IMG/VR virus record: IMGVR_UViG_3300027881_000010
Span: 1 to 64,000 of that record
Source: a virus
Length of the DNA: 64,000 nucleotides
Direction: 5' to 3' (one strand)
Positions 30,001 through 35,826 of the stretch are shown here, in pieces (the stretch's first letter is position 1; each line of letters begins with the position of its first letter). Made by a program: the position numbers and the translations under genes. The notes under the pieces were generated by a model. The model made no database searches and was not told the DNA's origin. It saw only the letters and a program-made list of their open reading frames with translations.

Positions 30001-31595
30001 ACCTTGAGGCCTCGCTCTATCGTGACATGCAGGACAAGACTGCCGGAACGCTTTCATGGTCTACGCTCAGGAGGGTGGGCAAATTCATCGAGGCGGAGAA
30101 TCAGGCGGTAGAAAATGCAGTACGTCTGTCGGCCTTCGTGCATGCGAAGACCGCAGGCCTCAGTCCCCGGAAGGCTGCCTCGCTGGCCAAGAATCTGACA
30201 GTCAACTTCAACCGCAAGGGCGAGCTCGGCACGCAACTGAATGCTGTCTACCTGTTCTACAACGCATCGATCCAGGGCATGGCTGTCATGTGGAATGCAG
30301 CCAAGTCACCGAAGGTTCGCAAGATCATGTACGGCATTGTCGCCTTTGCGGCCACGCTTGAGATCATGAACCGCATGCTTGCCGGCGACGACGATGATGG
30401 CGAGAACCGCTACGACAAGATTCCGGCCTGGGTGAAAGAGCGGAACATGATCATCATGATTCCGGATCGCTTCCGCAGCCAGTCGCCGGATGACTTTGTG
30501 GAACATTACATCACGATTCCGCTGCCCTATGGTTACAACATGCTGCACGTTATCGGGCAGAAGATCGGCGGCATCATCGACTACACCGGCATTGGCAACA
30601 AGCGCGAATGGTCGCCGCTCGAGGATACGACCGAGATACTCTCGGCGGCCCTCGGCAGTTTCAACCCGATCGGCACCGGGCCCACGCCACTGCAGACAAT
30701 CTCACCGACGATCCTCACTCCCTGGTTGCAGGTCTCAGAGAACGTCGCCTGGCACGGTGGTCCGGTCATGCCAGAGGCGAGCAAGTATGACCCAGCGCCG
30801 GAACCTGAATCGCAGCAGTACTACCGCAGTGTGCCCAAGCATGCGATCGCCCTGGCCGAGTTCCTGAACAAGCTTGGCGGTGGAACGAAAGCGCGGCCGG
30901 CACCGATCTCACCATTGGACATCTCCCCTGAGACCATTCAGTTGGTCGAAGACTTCCTGACTGGTGGTGCTGGTCGCTTTATTACCAACACGATCGAGCT
31001 CGGGCTCATGGCCAAGGAACACGAGGTCAACATGCGCAAGGTGCCGTTCGCCCGGCGCTTCATTGGCGTGACCGACGAGCGAGCAGTAAGCGACAGGTAC
31101 TACGAGAACCGCACCAAGATCGAGTACGCCATTCAAGAAATCAAAGTCGCCGAGGAGGAAATCAAACTCTCCGGTACACAGGCAGAGCGGGAAGACGCCA
31201 TCAAGAATCGGCAGCGCATCCTCGAGCAGTATCGCCCGGATGCTGCAATGAAGGAGGCGCTTCGACTGGTGCAGAAAGGCCTCAGGGATTTGAATGCCAC
31301 GCGCAAGGCAGTGCGGCAAAGTAAGCGCGACGATGACTGGAAGAAGGAGCGGGAGGAGCAGATCGAACTGCAGAAGACCAAGTTGATGAACAAATTCAAC
31401 ACGCGCTACAACCAGATTATCGAGAAGCGCCGGCAGGCCAAGGAAGAGACCGCCATGAATCCGCAGTTACCGGGTAAGCAGCGGCTGGCTGCAGTCCAGC
31501 AATTCAACCAGGCTGGCTACCCAGCGACGGCCCAACTGATCGGGTCATTGCCAGTGAGTCCCAGCACTGACTTCGTGGAGCGATTAAATGCTTGA
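18027..31595 (+). CDS. giant (4,522 aa) polyvalent virion/ejection protein with multiple enzyme-like modules
   Basis: Uninterrupted 13.6-kb ORF. Contains two HExxH sites (HEIAH, HETVGH), YRG..STS and YHGT..GFWFSAS ART-like modules, a PPase-like segment, IEEIQSDWHQQGR, a K/R/E coiled coil and C-terminal hydrophobic helices. Confidence 0.85.
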   Translation: MAWTYGAQFPVRDEEEEDENGLRYGEQVPVVFGDYSKATYGEQFDVHNLDPITPPLERSMMVQRPDPEQIELLQQKYGKPAVGEIEEITARPQFRSRLGTPSEQQLLEQKYPGVRDKMKALEDAAWEGREETGWGELFTKSLNKILPSFRKQIVGGLRGGNPVTVSDLERNAMAEQMITGTGRMTDSIENNRIAKEWGFEEGSDTVPPGVHPVDAFAEWLGSDEGRGEVEAEAAKTPVAMVAQDIWDAEAGKIRENEVQVKPQSAKYYAAGILDAGINMGPAMAATIVTKNPMVGAAIMGGQVYGDTYGSMLDEGYSPDQARAAAMFSAAAETLTERISLGILTRNNFTGLKRILAGASAEGIQEPVTEALQIGYDVGILNDDMTMGEAMWRLIDAGIIGFGVGGGMGAGVEVLQQAENQMTTPAAKEAFDYEQEMDALHLSLTKESQEVRALEVLEENTELLDKVINDQLADVSTEDIAALEEQELIRIKDDGTVVALPKARRQVARQTVAANRRRKKEALRARGVSDGELEPTIEILDMAPAFHAAETDTNLDPTESQKGRGNYRKGRFTWNNIPLAIETPAGETRSGVDEQGRPWSQVMSSGYGYFPSKPGADTVEGEPTEGVDAYFGPDLNTPTVYVLNQAKDPGAEAVGENFDEHKVMVGYPSLQAAIEAYQADYAPARNQQVEGVAMQPQQFKAWLDLPEHMRPLTLGEREGYDKAPVFATVEATRPTPERYPARGKNVTGAPPKDRAFEDIDPLIDKTVAILEDSAMIPDEAWTWYEDSGRKIREITRNDPELMHRVVQILAATSQGAGVGANTTFMIKGAYAMAKGEVRPETGMYPATAGKNIETMSALETQEIDNNLPGIGSKVMSFYRNLYDSTFNTNLYPDDVTIDRWMVRNLGYTAGDSVEGTQYDYARKIFQDAAARYNARNGTNWLPRHAQAALWVHERSKASMAKTGKETPVDAFAEHIEAVTARVTHEAVPSKTTEQGRQVDALPREEKQELGRRQREALAENNTHVVMEALGVPLYNVATAIGGYDGMINPNEISNIVMVGGAELDRPRADVFSQIMQYIYTQDAVPWFRAERKAQTSEATGNFGRKYTQGINWDLQGPLNEDQETALFDALRKALGPDAGFSMVGEDQLVIIDFKDEKGVTFSGLKPAEFIEKIDQIGENIGADLGVVNSYTFGAEGNYLTHDWETDPNGQRLEEAIQEYASTRGPPDLLERVRAWRESAQGITRDFLKADTKPRAGAAAPVPVARLADRSATEDAIFGRFGSVDRTRDTTEELKFYDLTPVVENPELTDRLADSFGYTIEVFSFEADNFKLPRLGKKNYEEGTVWIYDPAAAHGSFKDETYTRAWRVSHEIAHGITERMMQNRYGDSKRYGRLGRPMMGERGVPPKRVEVELEPLTLLQAQRAVEWEDVAFRVQRILLDKMGISIPDSVFNQEYNTNIADATFRTVTGDFADAGEFGFRPSVFKPTIKSILTGLERTEQALAEDQGREATEGIDLATYNQISDEQLQESIDLQSREPADKPLFSVVPGVPADTKWYRGSEHEQIRLHRETGIVHASTSEKTASAFGPVSEVTLHVQNPFDYENPDHTRALKAQFRTNAQLMKFARALDVVHGGERTWLGGEGTMDDVREYFNVGLEMGNYQVIESPAVLEAIRGMGHDSAYMVENDFGPKGIAVFDAGLMTRDAPLFATIEDEVFPGFYSGLARAARNLKQEKGTGKQMLAMLTKMPGVKAEELDWTGVPEYLKAKKTVTKDQLIAFIDANGVRIEETTLGYKGTGKGQMPEDVDWRRVQDAYEAGEIGDVMNLTSTLTEEQMEVIDERGSEYVTWESMTGGQRNEFAKHVYNVNIAGQSTRPAEYGGDSVTLPGGKNYREILLRLPEKSIDAPTVSTAKGWVSDATLRNLNAQMAEKFNAPMAIEQRDLLQGGSPVEIMEMLDDWEARLGLDVSQAKAEVAPPPVSMTVLQLEEGPAIDDLSDVIITQMIDTPLADAEWGWVREEARFEFENLNADQFDIVHQLSRDHGVQLISGVPEERVPRADRVNGVIELPPGYTQSRWEQVNKNLDEIGLTDQNATWVEEDRRFYIEGVSPTMLERANYAVSHLGLSALQEPSATPPVKRAPAGRRPIETYHAAHWGSYANILASIRITERIGEEGERIMFIEEIQSDWHQQGRTVGYRDRPRGLMPERDDLKAIKKPLTDTADYWEIRTKVGQFVVNVTATDGVLPDEDAAIDQGYQRLTQEEEIRRRIAREEQEAVPDAPFKGNAWAELAIKRVMRLAAEEGFDSVAWTTGEQQAERYSLSRVLNSIKVLPAALEGRPDVRIVWLDPHMGSSIQLHVTADGMIDGSDQAEFDKKKLSEVVGTPMAKRIMETEESLEIPAENLDVGGQGMKSFYDRTIRNLVSKVTKKLDKAVQTSSTRIDTSEGRGGPYTVGRYPGSPPAGTPVAEIVQVQQRQLGDLAEHAKSFSDEEYGSEEQIESSNNFVYTLQQILPDEAWENFEEYAHRATTDEMVDYGMSLAAREAPQVIVTHGEMGTLAAMAETARPLNQADFGTARQLNASTRFFDELYEFITDDQQSVIDDMASDPDQTADNIIDAGLSMVVGQSPDVEPAPPTTVVSQEDHNRVRRAGQEARPAEDADVGSPEQERAYNAFTILLSEVLPSYAMETWEEEIDRQRMTIVEKIRYGEGLAEEESWSITTLEMASLERTAQEARARNDEDRGSDRQQIAMEAFSAELIEALPRLAQERWKGEESEGVDDDLDSGLRMARLFAGRPDAAPVQRRVVADQWGIKNKAGEWTGPYASEEEAIEGAAKRDLEDLEGVHLVDISDQMRDRLITDGLSLFAVARQPAPGVPIANLQSVISEILDLYPGSPNVKIAPTEAHMPRKQLIEIKHAGMEGKVGGMFDPETGDVYLIAANLKNMKQAVEIYLHETVGHYGVRSILGAEYDTIMDQVWRSHKEKVRAAARRNGLDVRVPSQRRIAAEEFIAYRAQRVLSGQKIPARDASLLQRLVEAIRIAIARLRGVQMSDADIQRLIRKARMFVATPANKSPGLLPARKAPIMFANLWKAINNDRVPNSAKNNIYRDELYAQIRAGNISEEDAEPLISYLSDVRVIDKAGLLNEIRELGNRNAFHAVEDDAARGRWFGNSKVVDEKGEPLVVYHGTFTPKGEEPFTAFDKEARGKSTRTWSAQNGFWFSASEKNAEQFAVKASTFKGEGERRVLPIYLSIQNPLEYTREQMVDKNITISDAVREAKAAGNDGAIMRGMYDNTNRPVLRLDGVGLGVDHRSQFLSDTFPAFLEGRETAKNALEEIKEAAAFYATEASQETDPEEKAYQKEEAAMWRSIGDAFADDPSRLTIYQGEPADVFVAFEPEQIKSATENIGTYDPASANILMHVDEYNGRADAIESGDLFENFTIEEGSKTSRAWNYLVYKAQDKFIDLLNVQKAIEMQTGRPLSEELDTYLAEELFHGRVKSRVDRFEKDFIRPLTEAIDDSEYTWDEVEWFLYARHAPEANRRLYRINRSGALRRARNKAKQKAETKLEKRIARIDANKATQRNKIEAEHTKRLAVIESEYRSQMRRSKESQKKRREGIETAKANKIKRADARKQQQIAKLESKYKYVRADYELTYQAEIEEADVSFREREQERVKEDPGLLALSGMSNADAALAMEALREKGDISQLEAIAAQVDAMTARNREIMVGEGLEEQSTIDAWEKAYDFYVPLKGWKDGPMNTTFFPKKGKGYDTGGKLNQRRLGRRSLAANILANIVAQHQSAVVMAEKAKVGRTLLKMVQENPNEDIWTANQIETKKRLDPKSGLVVTAVDPTYKLRDNVLRVKVEGKDYHITFNEENPTAMRIATSMKNLSSEEINWLFQSLLKLNRILSAVNTSYNPEFIVSNLARDLQTAMININATDAQNMKMAILKDVFKAHRGIRRFLELPSFKNPESADYWRGQFEEYRDLGGQVGWLDNYKDVQDLEASLYRDMQDKTAGTLSWSTLRRVGKFIEAENQAVENAVRLSAFVHAKTAGLSPRKAASLAKNLTVNFNRKGELGTQLNAVYLFYNASIQGMAVMWNAAKSPKVRKIMYGIVAFAATLEIMNRMLAGDDDDGENRYDKIPAWVKERNMIIMIPDRFRSQSPDDFVEHYITIPLPYGYNMLHVIGQKIGGIIDYTGIGNKREWSPLEDTTEILSAALGSFNPIGTGPTPLQTISPTILTPWLQVSENVAWHGGPVMPEASKYDPAPEPESQQYYRSVPKHAIALAEFLNKLGGGTKARPAPISPLDISPETIQLVEDFLTGGAGRFITNTIELGLMAKEHEVNMRKVPFARRFIGVTDERAVSDRYYENRTKIEYAIQEIKVAEEEIKLSGTQAEREDAIKNRQRILEQYRPDAAMKEALRLVQKGLRDLNATRKAVRQSKRDDDWKKEREEQIELQKTKLMNKFNTRYNQIIEKRRQAKEETAMNPQLPGKQRLAAVQQFNQAGYPATAQLIGSLPVSPSTDFVERLNA
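21605..21614 (+). promoter_or_regulatory. TGAGGGTAAC motif copy D (inside the giant ORF)
   Basis: 10-mer match at the end of a locally AT-richer stretch (about 21530-21620). Confidence 0.2.
25469..26400 (+). repeat. four diverged ~60-75-aa acidic helical modules inside the giant ORF
   Basis: The shared pattern ..GS[ED].Q......F...L...LP..A.E.W..E.. occurs four times (SDEEYGSEEQ.., ..TARQLNAS.., DADVGSPEQE.., EDRGSDRQQ..). Confidence 0.55.
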
Positions 31596-32049
31596 GCTAC
31601 TGAACAAACGCATCTCATCCGGCGACGAGGCGACACTCGGCATCCTGCATGATGTGACGGCCGAGCCTGAGTTCATGTGCTACGTCCTCGAGGACCAGTT
31701 CAACGAACCGAAGATCAAGGGTGAGACCCGGATCCCGTCGGGCACGTATCAGATCAAATTCCGCGATGAAGGCGGCATGATCAAGCGCTACAAGAAGCGC
31801 TTTCCCTGGCACCGCGGGATGCTGTGGCTGCAGGATATTCCGGACTTCCAGTTTGTCTACATCCATGTCGGCAACAAGGATGATGACACCGATGGCTGTC
31901 TCCTGGTCGGCGATGGCCAGGTGTCGAACGTAGAGGAACGCGGCATGGTCACGACTTCGGTTGCTGCTTATCGCAGGCTGTACGAAAGAATCGCAGCCCA
32001 GCTTGAGCTTGGTGCCGAGGTCTGGATCACAGTGGAGGACTACGCATGA
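31588..32049 (+). CDS. DUF5675-like protein; candidate cell-wall enzyme (endolysin candidate)
   Basis: 153 aa. TLGILH....FMCYVLED....K..GETRIPSGTY.I......F.......L.DIP.F..VYIHVGNKDDDTDGCLLVG matches my memory of DUF5675. The H..GN...[ST]xGC motif resembles the YkuD catalytic motif. Confidence 0.5.
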   Translation: MLELLNKRISSGDEATLGILHDVTAEPEFMCYVLEDQFNEPKIKGETRIPSGTYQIKFRDEGGMIKRYKKRFPWHRGMLWLQDIPDFQFVYIHVGNKDDDTDGCLLVGDGQVSNVEERGMVTTSVAAYRRLYERIAAQLELGAEVWITVEDYA

Positions 32050-32234
32050 ACGGAAAATATCAGGGCAAAAGATTTCTGAGCTTCCTAGTCGCTACCGCGG
32101 CACTGCTCGGTGGATTCTTCGGTGGTCAACCGGAAAGCTTCGGCGCATATTCGACGGCGCTCGGGCTGCTGTACGGCGCGTATTTAACAGGCCAGTCAGC
32201 GACTGACTGGCAGAAAGCAAAGAACGGAGGCTGA
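32046..32234 (+). CDS. holin candidate (two TM helices)
   Basis: 62 aa. FLSFLVATAALLGGFFGG and AYSTALGLLYGAYLTG are hydrophobic stretches. ATGA overlap with the upstream gene. Confidence 0.5.
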   Translation: MNGKYQGKRFLSFLVATAALLGGFFGGQPESFGAYSTALGLLYGAYLTGQSATDWQKAKNGG

Positions 32235-32235
32235 C

Positions 32236-32649
32236 ATGGCTGCGGTGAATTTAGCAAAGCTCAGCGAAACCAAGGTGACTGTGCCGGCGATTCTGCTGGT
32301 CACCCTGGTTGTCTTTGGTTGGAAGGCGAAAGACTTCACGATCGAGGGGCTGGACGAGTTCTTCGTAAGCGAGGCCGAGGGCAGCGAGATGGTCGAGCAG
32401 ATCGAGTCGCTAAACGAGAACCTGACCAAGTACATTTCGAAGGCTGAGCTTCGTGAGATCAACGATGGAATCCAGGAGATAAACTCACAGGTCACCGAGA
32501 CCCAGTTGTGGATCTCAGCCAACGGCTCGAACCCGATCGCTACCGCCAGGCTTGGCGACCTGGTAGCGAGACGCGACAATCTCATGGAGACCAAGGCCTG
32601 TCTCCTAGACGACAATATTGACGACAAAGACCTCTGCTATGTTGAGTAA
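32236..32649 (+). CDS. N-terminally anchored coiled-coil membrane protein (lysis-associated)
   Basis: 137 aa. TM segment VTVPAILLVTLVVFGW followed by an acidic helical region. Confidence 0.5.
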   Translation: MAAVNLAKLSETKVTVPAILLVTLVVFGWKAKDFTIEGLDEFFVSEAEGSEMVEQIESLNENLTKYISKAELREINDGIQEINSQVTETQLWISANGSNPIATARLGDLVARRDNLMETKACLLDDNIDDKDLCYVE

Positions 32650-33103
32650 GGTGCTTGGCGCCGCCGCTGGACTGCTTGCCATTATCTGCTTTCTACTGTG
32701 GCGACAGAATGGCAACCTGCAGTCAGACCTAGGTGCCAGCGAGCAGGCAATCAAGCAATTCGAACTGACCAACAAAATCAATATTGAGAACTTCGACCGG
32801 GTGAACGCCGACCTTGCCGTCTGCGTTGACCAGTCAGCCGTCGATAGGCTCGCGAACGAGGTGACCGTAGCCAACCTGGAGGCTCGCTATGCACGACTTG
32901 AAATACGATCCCGAGAAGTCGAGATCAGACGCGAAGAGATTTTCCGTGACCCGAAGTGCGCGGAACTTCGTGACCTGGACATGGCTGCTATTTGCCCTGA
33001 CTGGGCTAACGAGTTGCGCCTCCGCTCCGCCACCATTGGTGGAAACCCAGATACGGGAAGTGAAGGTGCCAGTACGGACACCGATGCCGGAGAAATGCTT
33101 TAA
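32639..33103 (+). CDS. i-spanin (Rz-like) candidate
   Basis: Start at MLSKVLGAAAGLLAIICFLLW (M8 of the listed ORF). Has an N-terminal TM segment and a coiled coil, and contains the start of the lipoprotein ORF in another frame. Confidence 0.55.
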   Translation: MLSKVLGAAAGLLAIICFLLWRQNGNLQSDLGASEQAIKQFELTNKINIENFDRVNADLAVCVDQSAVDRLANEVTVANLEARYARLEIRSREVEIRREEIFRDPKCAELRDLDMAAICPDWANELRLRSATIGGNPDTGSEGASTDTDAGEML

Positions 33104-33269
33104 GGATCACCAGCCCCCGCAGCCTTTCTCGTCTGAGGGCAGGTTACCCGTGGGGCAACTAGACGATTGGGCTGAGGGGCTGGCGATCACACTGGAGAAA
33201 GAGTGGGCTACGAACGCCGAGTGTCGTGCTCTGAATGACCAACGGGGACCAGTTGAAGAGACTCCTTGA
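32946..33269 (+). CDS. o-spanin (Rz1-like) lipoprotein candidate, overlapped architecture
   Basis: Lipobox L-T-S-C in ..RNFVTWTWLLFALTGLTSCASAPPP. Pro-rich mature part. A GTG at 32946 or the ATG at 32889 are possible starts. Overlaps the 3' part of the i-spanin gene. Confidence 0.6.
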   Translation: MTRSARNFVTWTWLLFALTGLTSCASAPPPLVETQIREVKVPVRTPMPEKCFKDHQPPQPFSSEGRLPVGQLDDWAEGLAITLEKEWATNAECRALNDQRGPVEETP

Positions 33270-33447
33270 GCTTGCCCATTGTTGCCCTGATCCGCGCTTG
33301 CACTTCTAAGACTTCCACCCGGTTGCGTTTGAACGGCTGTTCGTAATCACTCTCCTGTAAACCATCGAGGAAGTCCCGAATGTCTTGGGCCTCCTCCTCG
33401 TCGAACGTGACGAGATACTGCCGGCGAATTACCTGCTTAATCTCCAT
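33208..33447 (-). CDS. hypothetical acidic protein
   Basis: 79 aa. Last gene of the leftward block. Its 3' end overlaps the o-spanin 3' end convergently. Confidence 0.45.
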   Translation of the reverse strand: MEIKQVIRRQYLVTFDEEEAQDIRDFLDGLQESDYEQPFKRNRVEVLEVQARIRATMGKLKESLQLVPVGHSEHDTRRS

Positions 33448-33952
33448 CGACGTCGACGTCTATACTCTCTTCATCGGTGCCATCGAACAGGTCCCTGTTC
33501 TCGGATTCAATTTCGATCTCGGCCGTCTCGTCCATCAGCCGGCGCAGTCGGTTCATGGTGTCGTCGGTCGGCTCGGCGATCTGTATCTTGGCTTCCAGCG
33601 TCACCTGGTAGGGTGTGCCGATCTCTATTTCCGGTGGCGTTAGCCGGCACCCTTTGAGTTCGATGTGCTGGTCTTTCGGGCCATCGTAGATTCTGACGAT
33701 CAGACCCTCTGGTTTGCGCTTGGAGGCAAGACTCAGGGTGGGGATGGTGACATGCCCCTGCTCGCTGAACAGCACCTTGGAGAGCGCCTCGTCGTCTACC
33801 TCGTGGGGAAACACCATGTCCAGAAGCTCTGGACCACCAAGAATTTTGAACGGAATATCCTCGGCTTCGACCGTCTCGTCTTTGCCTCGGCGTTCTTTTC
33901 GTACGTTGATGACTTTGAATTCCGCACTGGTGCGGCTGACATTGAATTCCAT
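33437..33952 (-). CDS. hypothetical protein
   Basis: Start at MEFNVSRTS (M30 of the listed ORF), 5 nt after GGAGAG. 171 aa with an acidic C-terminus. Confidence 0.5.
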   Translation of the reverse strand: MEFNVSRTSAEFKVINVRKERRGKDETVEAEDIPFKILGGPELLDMVFPHEVDDEALSKVLFSEQGHVTIPTLSLASKRKPEGLIVRIYDGPKDQHIELKGCRLTPPEIEIGTPYQVTLEAKIQIAEPTDDTMNRLRRLMDETAEIEIESENRDLFDGTDEESIDVDVDGD

Positions 33953-33969
33953 ATCGCTCTCCGTTTTAG

Positions 33970-34212
33970 TTATTCGACTCGCCAGACACGGATGCGCTGG
34001 CGACCTCGCTCTTCTACCGTGGCGTATCGAAAGCGCCACTCTTTATTTCGGTTCAGGTTGCCGACCGCATTTCTGATTGCGTCGTACTCGTCCACTGGGA
34101 ATGCCTCGGTGTCACCGACATCCCAACTTCTGAATGGATACGGCGAGTATTTACCACGGCTGTCCGGCGGTGGTGGCTTGCCCTTCCAGTCGATCTCTTT
34201 CTCTTCGCTCAT
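33970..34212 (-). CDS. hypothetical protein
   Basis: Start at MSEEKEIDW, 6 nt after GAGGA. 80 aa. Confidence 0.5.
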   Translation of the reverse strand: MSEEKEIDWKGKPPPPDSRGKYSPYPFRSWDVGDTEAFPVDEYDAIRNAVGNLNRNKEWRFRYATVEERGRQRIRVWRVE

Positions 34213-34213
34213 G

Positions 34214-34687
34214 TTATTCCTCACGGATATAGGTGACCTCATGGGTGTTGCGGTTCAGGTCCAGCGCATGCGTGATCACGCTGTCCGCTGCGTCGATAGT
34301 TGCGACGACGACGCCGCCTTCCTTGATTTCAATGGATGATGTGGTCTCGTAGATTTGATTGAAATAGTTGCTGACCTTGGCGAAGTCTTTCTCGGTGGCT
34401 GACTTCAGAATGAAGGAGCCGCCGACGAGCGTGTTGCCGCTGAAGATGTAGCCGAGTTCGCAGTCGATCCCGATCAATGTGGAGCTATACCACAGCGCTG
34501 AGTCGGTGCGATCGATGAGCGTGTAGCCCTCGGACTCCATGTCTTTGGCAATGCCAACGATGCCGGAGCCGTACTCGTAGCCGGCGAAGCCCAAGATTGG
34601 AGCGACCGGGGGACGGCCCTGGTCGGCCGCGTAAGCGGTGAACCCGAGCGCCACCAATATGAATAGAGCGTTTAGTTTCCTGACCAT
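34214..34687 (-). CDS. secreted/periplasmic protein with signal peptide
   Basis: MVRKLNALFILVALGFTAYA|ADQG looks like a signal peptide. Preceded by a 124-nt AT-rich intergenic region and the GAGGGTAACAAAATG motif. Confidence 0.6.
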   Translation of the reverse strand: MVRKLNALFILVALGFTAYAADQGRPPVAPILGFAGYEYGSGIVGIAKDMESEGYTLIDRTDSALWYSSTLIGIDCELGYIFSGNTLVGGSFILKSATEKDFAKVSNYFNQIYETTSSIEIKEGGVVVATIDAADSVITHALDLNRNTHEVTYIREE

Positions 34688-34701
34688 TTTGTTACCCTCA
34701 A
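34688..34701 (-). promoter_or_regulatory. TTGAGGGTAACAAA motif copy A
   Basis: 14-nt identity with copy C. Here GAGGG also serves as the SD for the ATG at 34687. Confidence 0.35.
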
Positions 34702-34811
34702 TTTTGAATGAAAATGCGGGAATGACTTTCGGGGAACAGCGTAATTAACAGGCCGTTTCCAACCCCTATCCCGCATATTTACTCATCCTTTTTACCACAG
34801 CATCACTACAT

Positions 34812-35402
34812 CTACAAGGGTGGATTTAACGATAACCGGCGACCAGTTCTCGGATCTAAAAGCCACCCCGATTCTGTTGCTGTGCGGGTGTCGACGATGT
34901 GGTCTATACACTTCTTGGTCAGCCAGATGTCGGTCAGGCAGTAGTCGATCACCTGCCCCATCTTGCTCTGTTGCCATAGGATGGGGGCCAAGCCGCCGCT
35001 CTGCTTCTTGGTGACCTTGAAGTTGACCCGGACAAAGTCGTCGAGCTTGTAGCCCTTGGCGTACTTGTCGGCGCCGGCAGCCTCCTTCGCTTCGATGTAC
35101 AGGTCCCAGTTCTTTCGGGGATCGAACTCGATGCCGTGGGCAGCGATCAGTTTGTTGTCGAAGTGGATCTGATTAAAGCCGATGACATGGTCCGAGTCGT
35201 CGACCAGGGCAGCGAAGTCCGACAGGTTGTCTTCGCAAAAAATTCTGTACTGGCCAACGTGATAATCGAACACGCCGATCACCGAGATGCCCATGCCCAG
35301 GTGGTCGGTCCATCCTTTGCAGTAGTTGATGTTCGGCCGGAGCGGTTCGTTCTTATCCGGAATGGCGTTCTTGATCTCGCAGTCGAAGATAATTGCTTTC
35401 AT
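34812..35402 (-). CDS. DnaQ-like DEDD 3'-5' exonuclease
   Basis: Exo I IIFDCEI, Exo II VIGFNQIHFDNKL, Exo III VIDYCLTD. 196 aa. Confidence 0.7.
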   Translation of the reverse strand: MKAIIFDCEIKNAIPDKNEPLRPNINYCKGWTDHLGMGISVIGVFDYHVGQYRIFCEDNLSDFAALVDDSDHVIGFNQIHFDNKLIAAHGIEFDPRKNWDLYIEAKEAAGADKYAKGYKLDDFVRVNFKVTKKQSGGLAPILWQQSKMGQVIDYCLTDIWLTKKCIDHIVDTRTATESGWLLDPRTGRRLSLNPPL

Positions 35403-35411
35403 TATTGTTCC

Positions 35412-35597
35412 TCAGTGTTGCGTAGACATGACATCGGCCAGCTGGTCGACGATGTCTTGCTTGATGCCGGAGTTGTAAACGCTGGCCTCGCCGTCAACGA
35501 ACACGAATACCAGGATGCCGTCGATCTCGCTGTCCCGATGGTCCATGATCACCTGCTTCAGGATGCCCTCGAGGGCAACCTCGTCATCGTCAGCCAT
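35412..35597 (-). CDS. hypothetical acidic protein
   Basis: 61 aa. 8-nt overlap with the upstream gene. Confidence 0.45.
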   Translation of the reverse strand: MADDDEVALEGILKQVIMDHRDSEIDGILVFVFVDGEASVYNSGIKQDIVDQLADVMSTQH

Positions 35598-35826
35598 CGT
35601 TGTTGGCCTCCATTATTTTGAGTATTTTCTTCAGCGTCTCCGGGTGCATCACGAAGCACTGGCCGTCGAGCATGTCCGACATCTTGTATAAGCTCGGGTC
35701 CGGTATCCGCGGTGTGTACATCCAGGTCCTGATCCACGGACGCCATGGCCAGGTGAACAGTCGGTCATGCCATGTTCTCCCCACTTCCGTTGCCTTTCCT
35801 GGAATCGTCAGGAGGCGGTTGGTCAT
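35590..35826 (-). CDS. hypothetical protein (start uncertain)
   Basis: Trp-rich ..RLFTWPWRPWIRTWMYTP..MHPETLKKIL. Start is either ATG 35826 or GTG 35784. Overlaps the end of 35765..36121. Confidence 0.4.
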   Translation of the reverse strand: MTNRLLTIPGKATEVGRTWHDRLFTWPWRPWIRTWMYTPRIPDPSLYKMSDMLDGQCFVMHPETLKKILKIMEANNDG

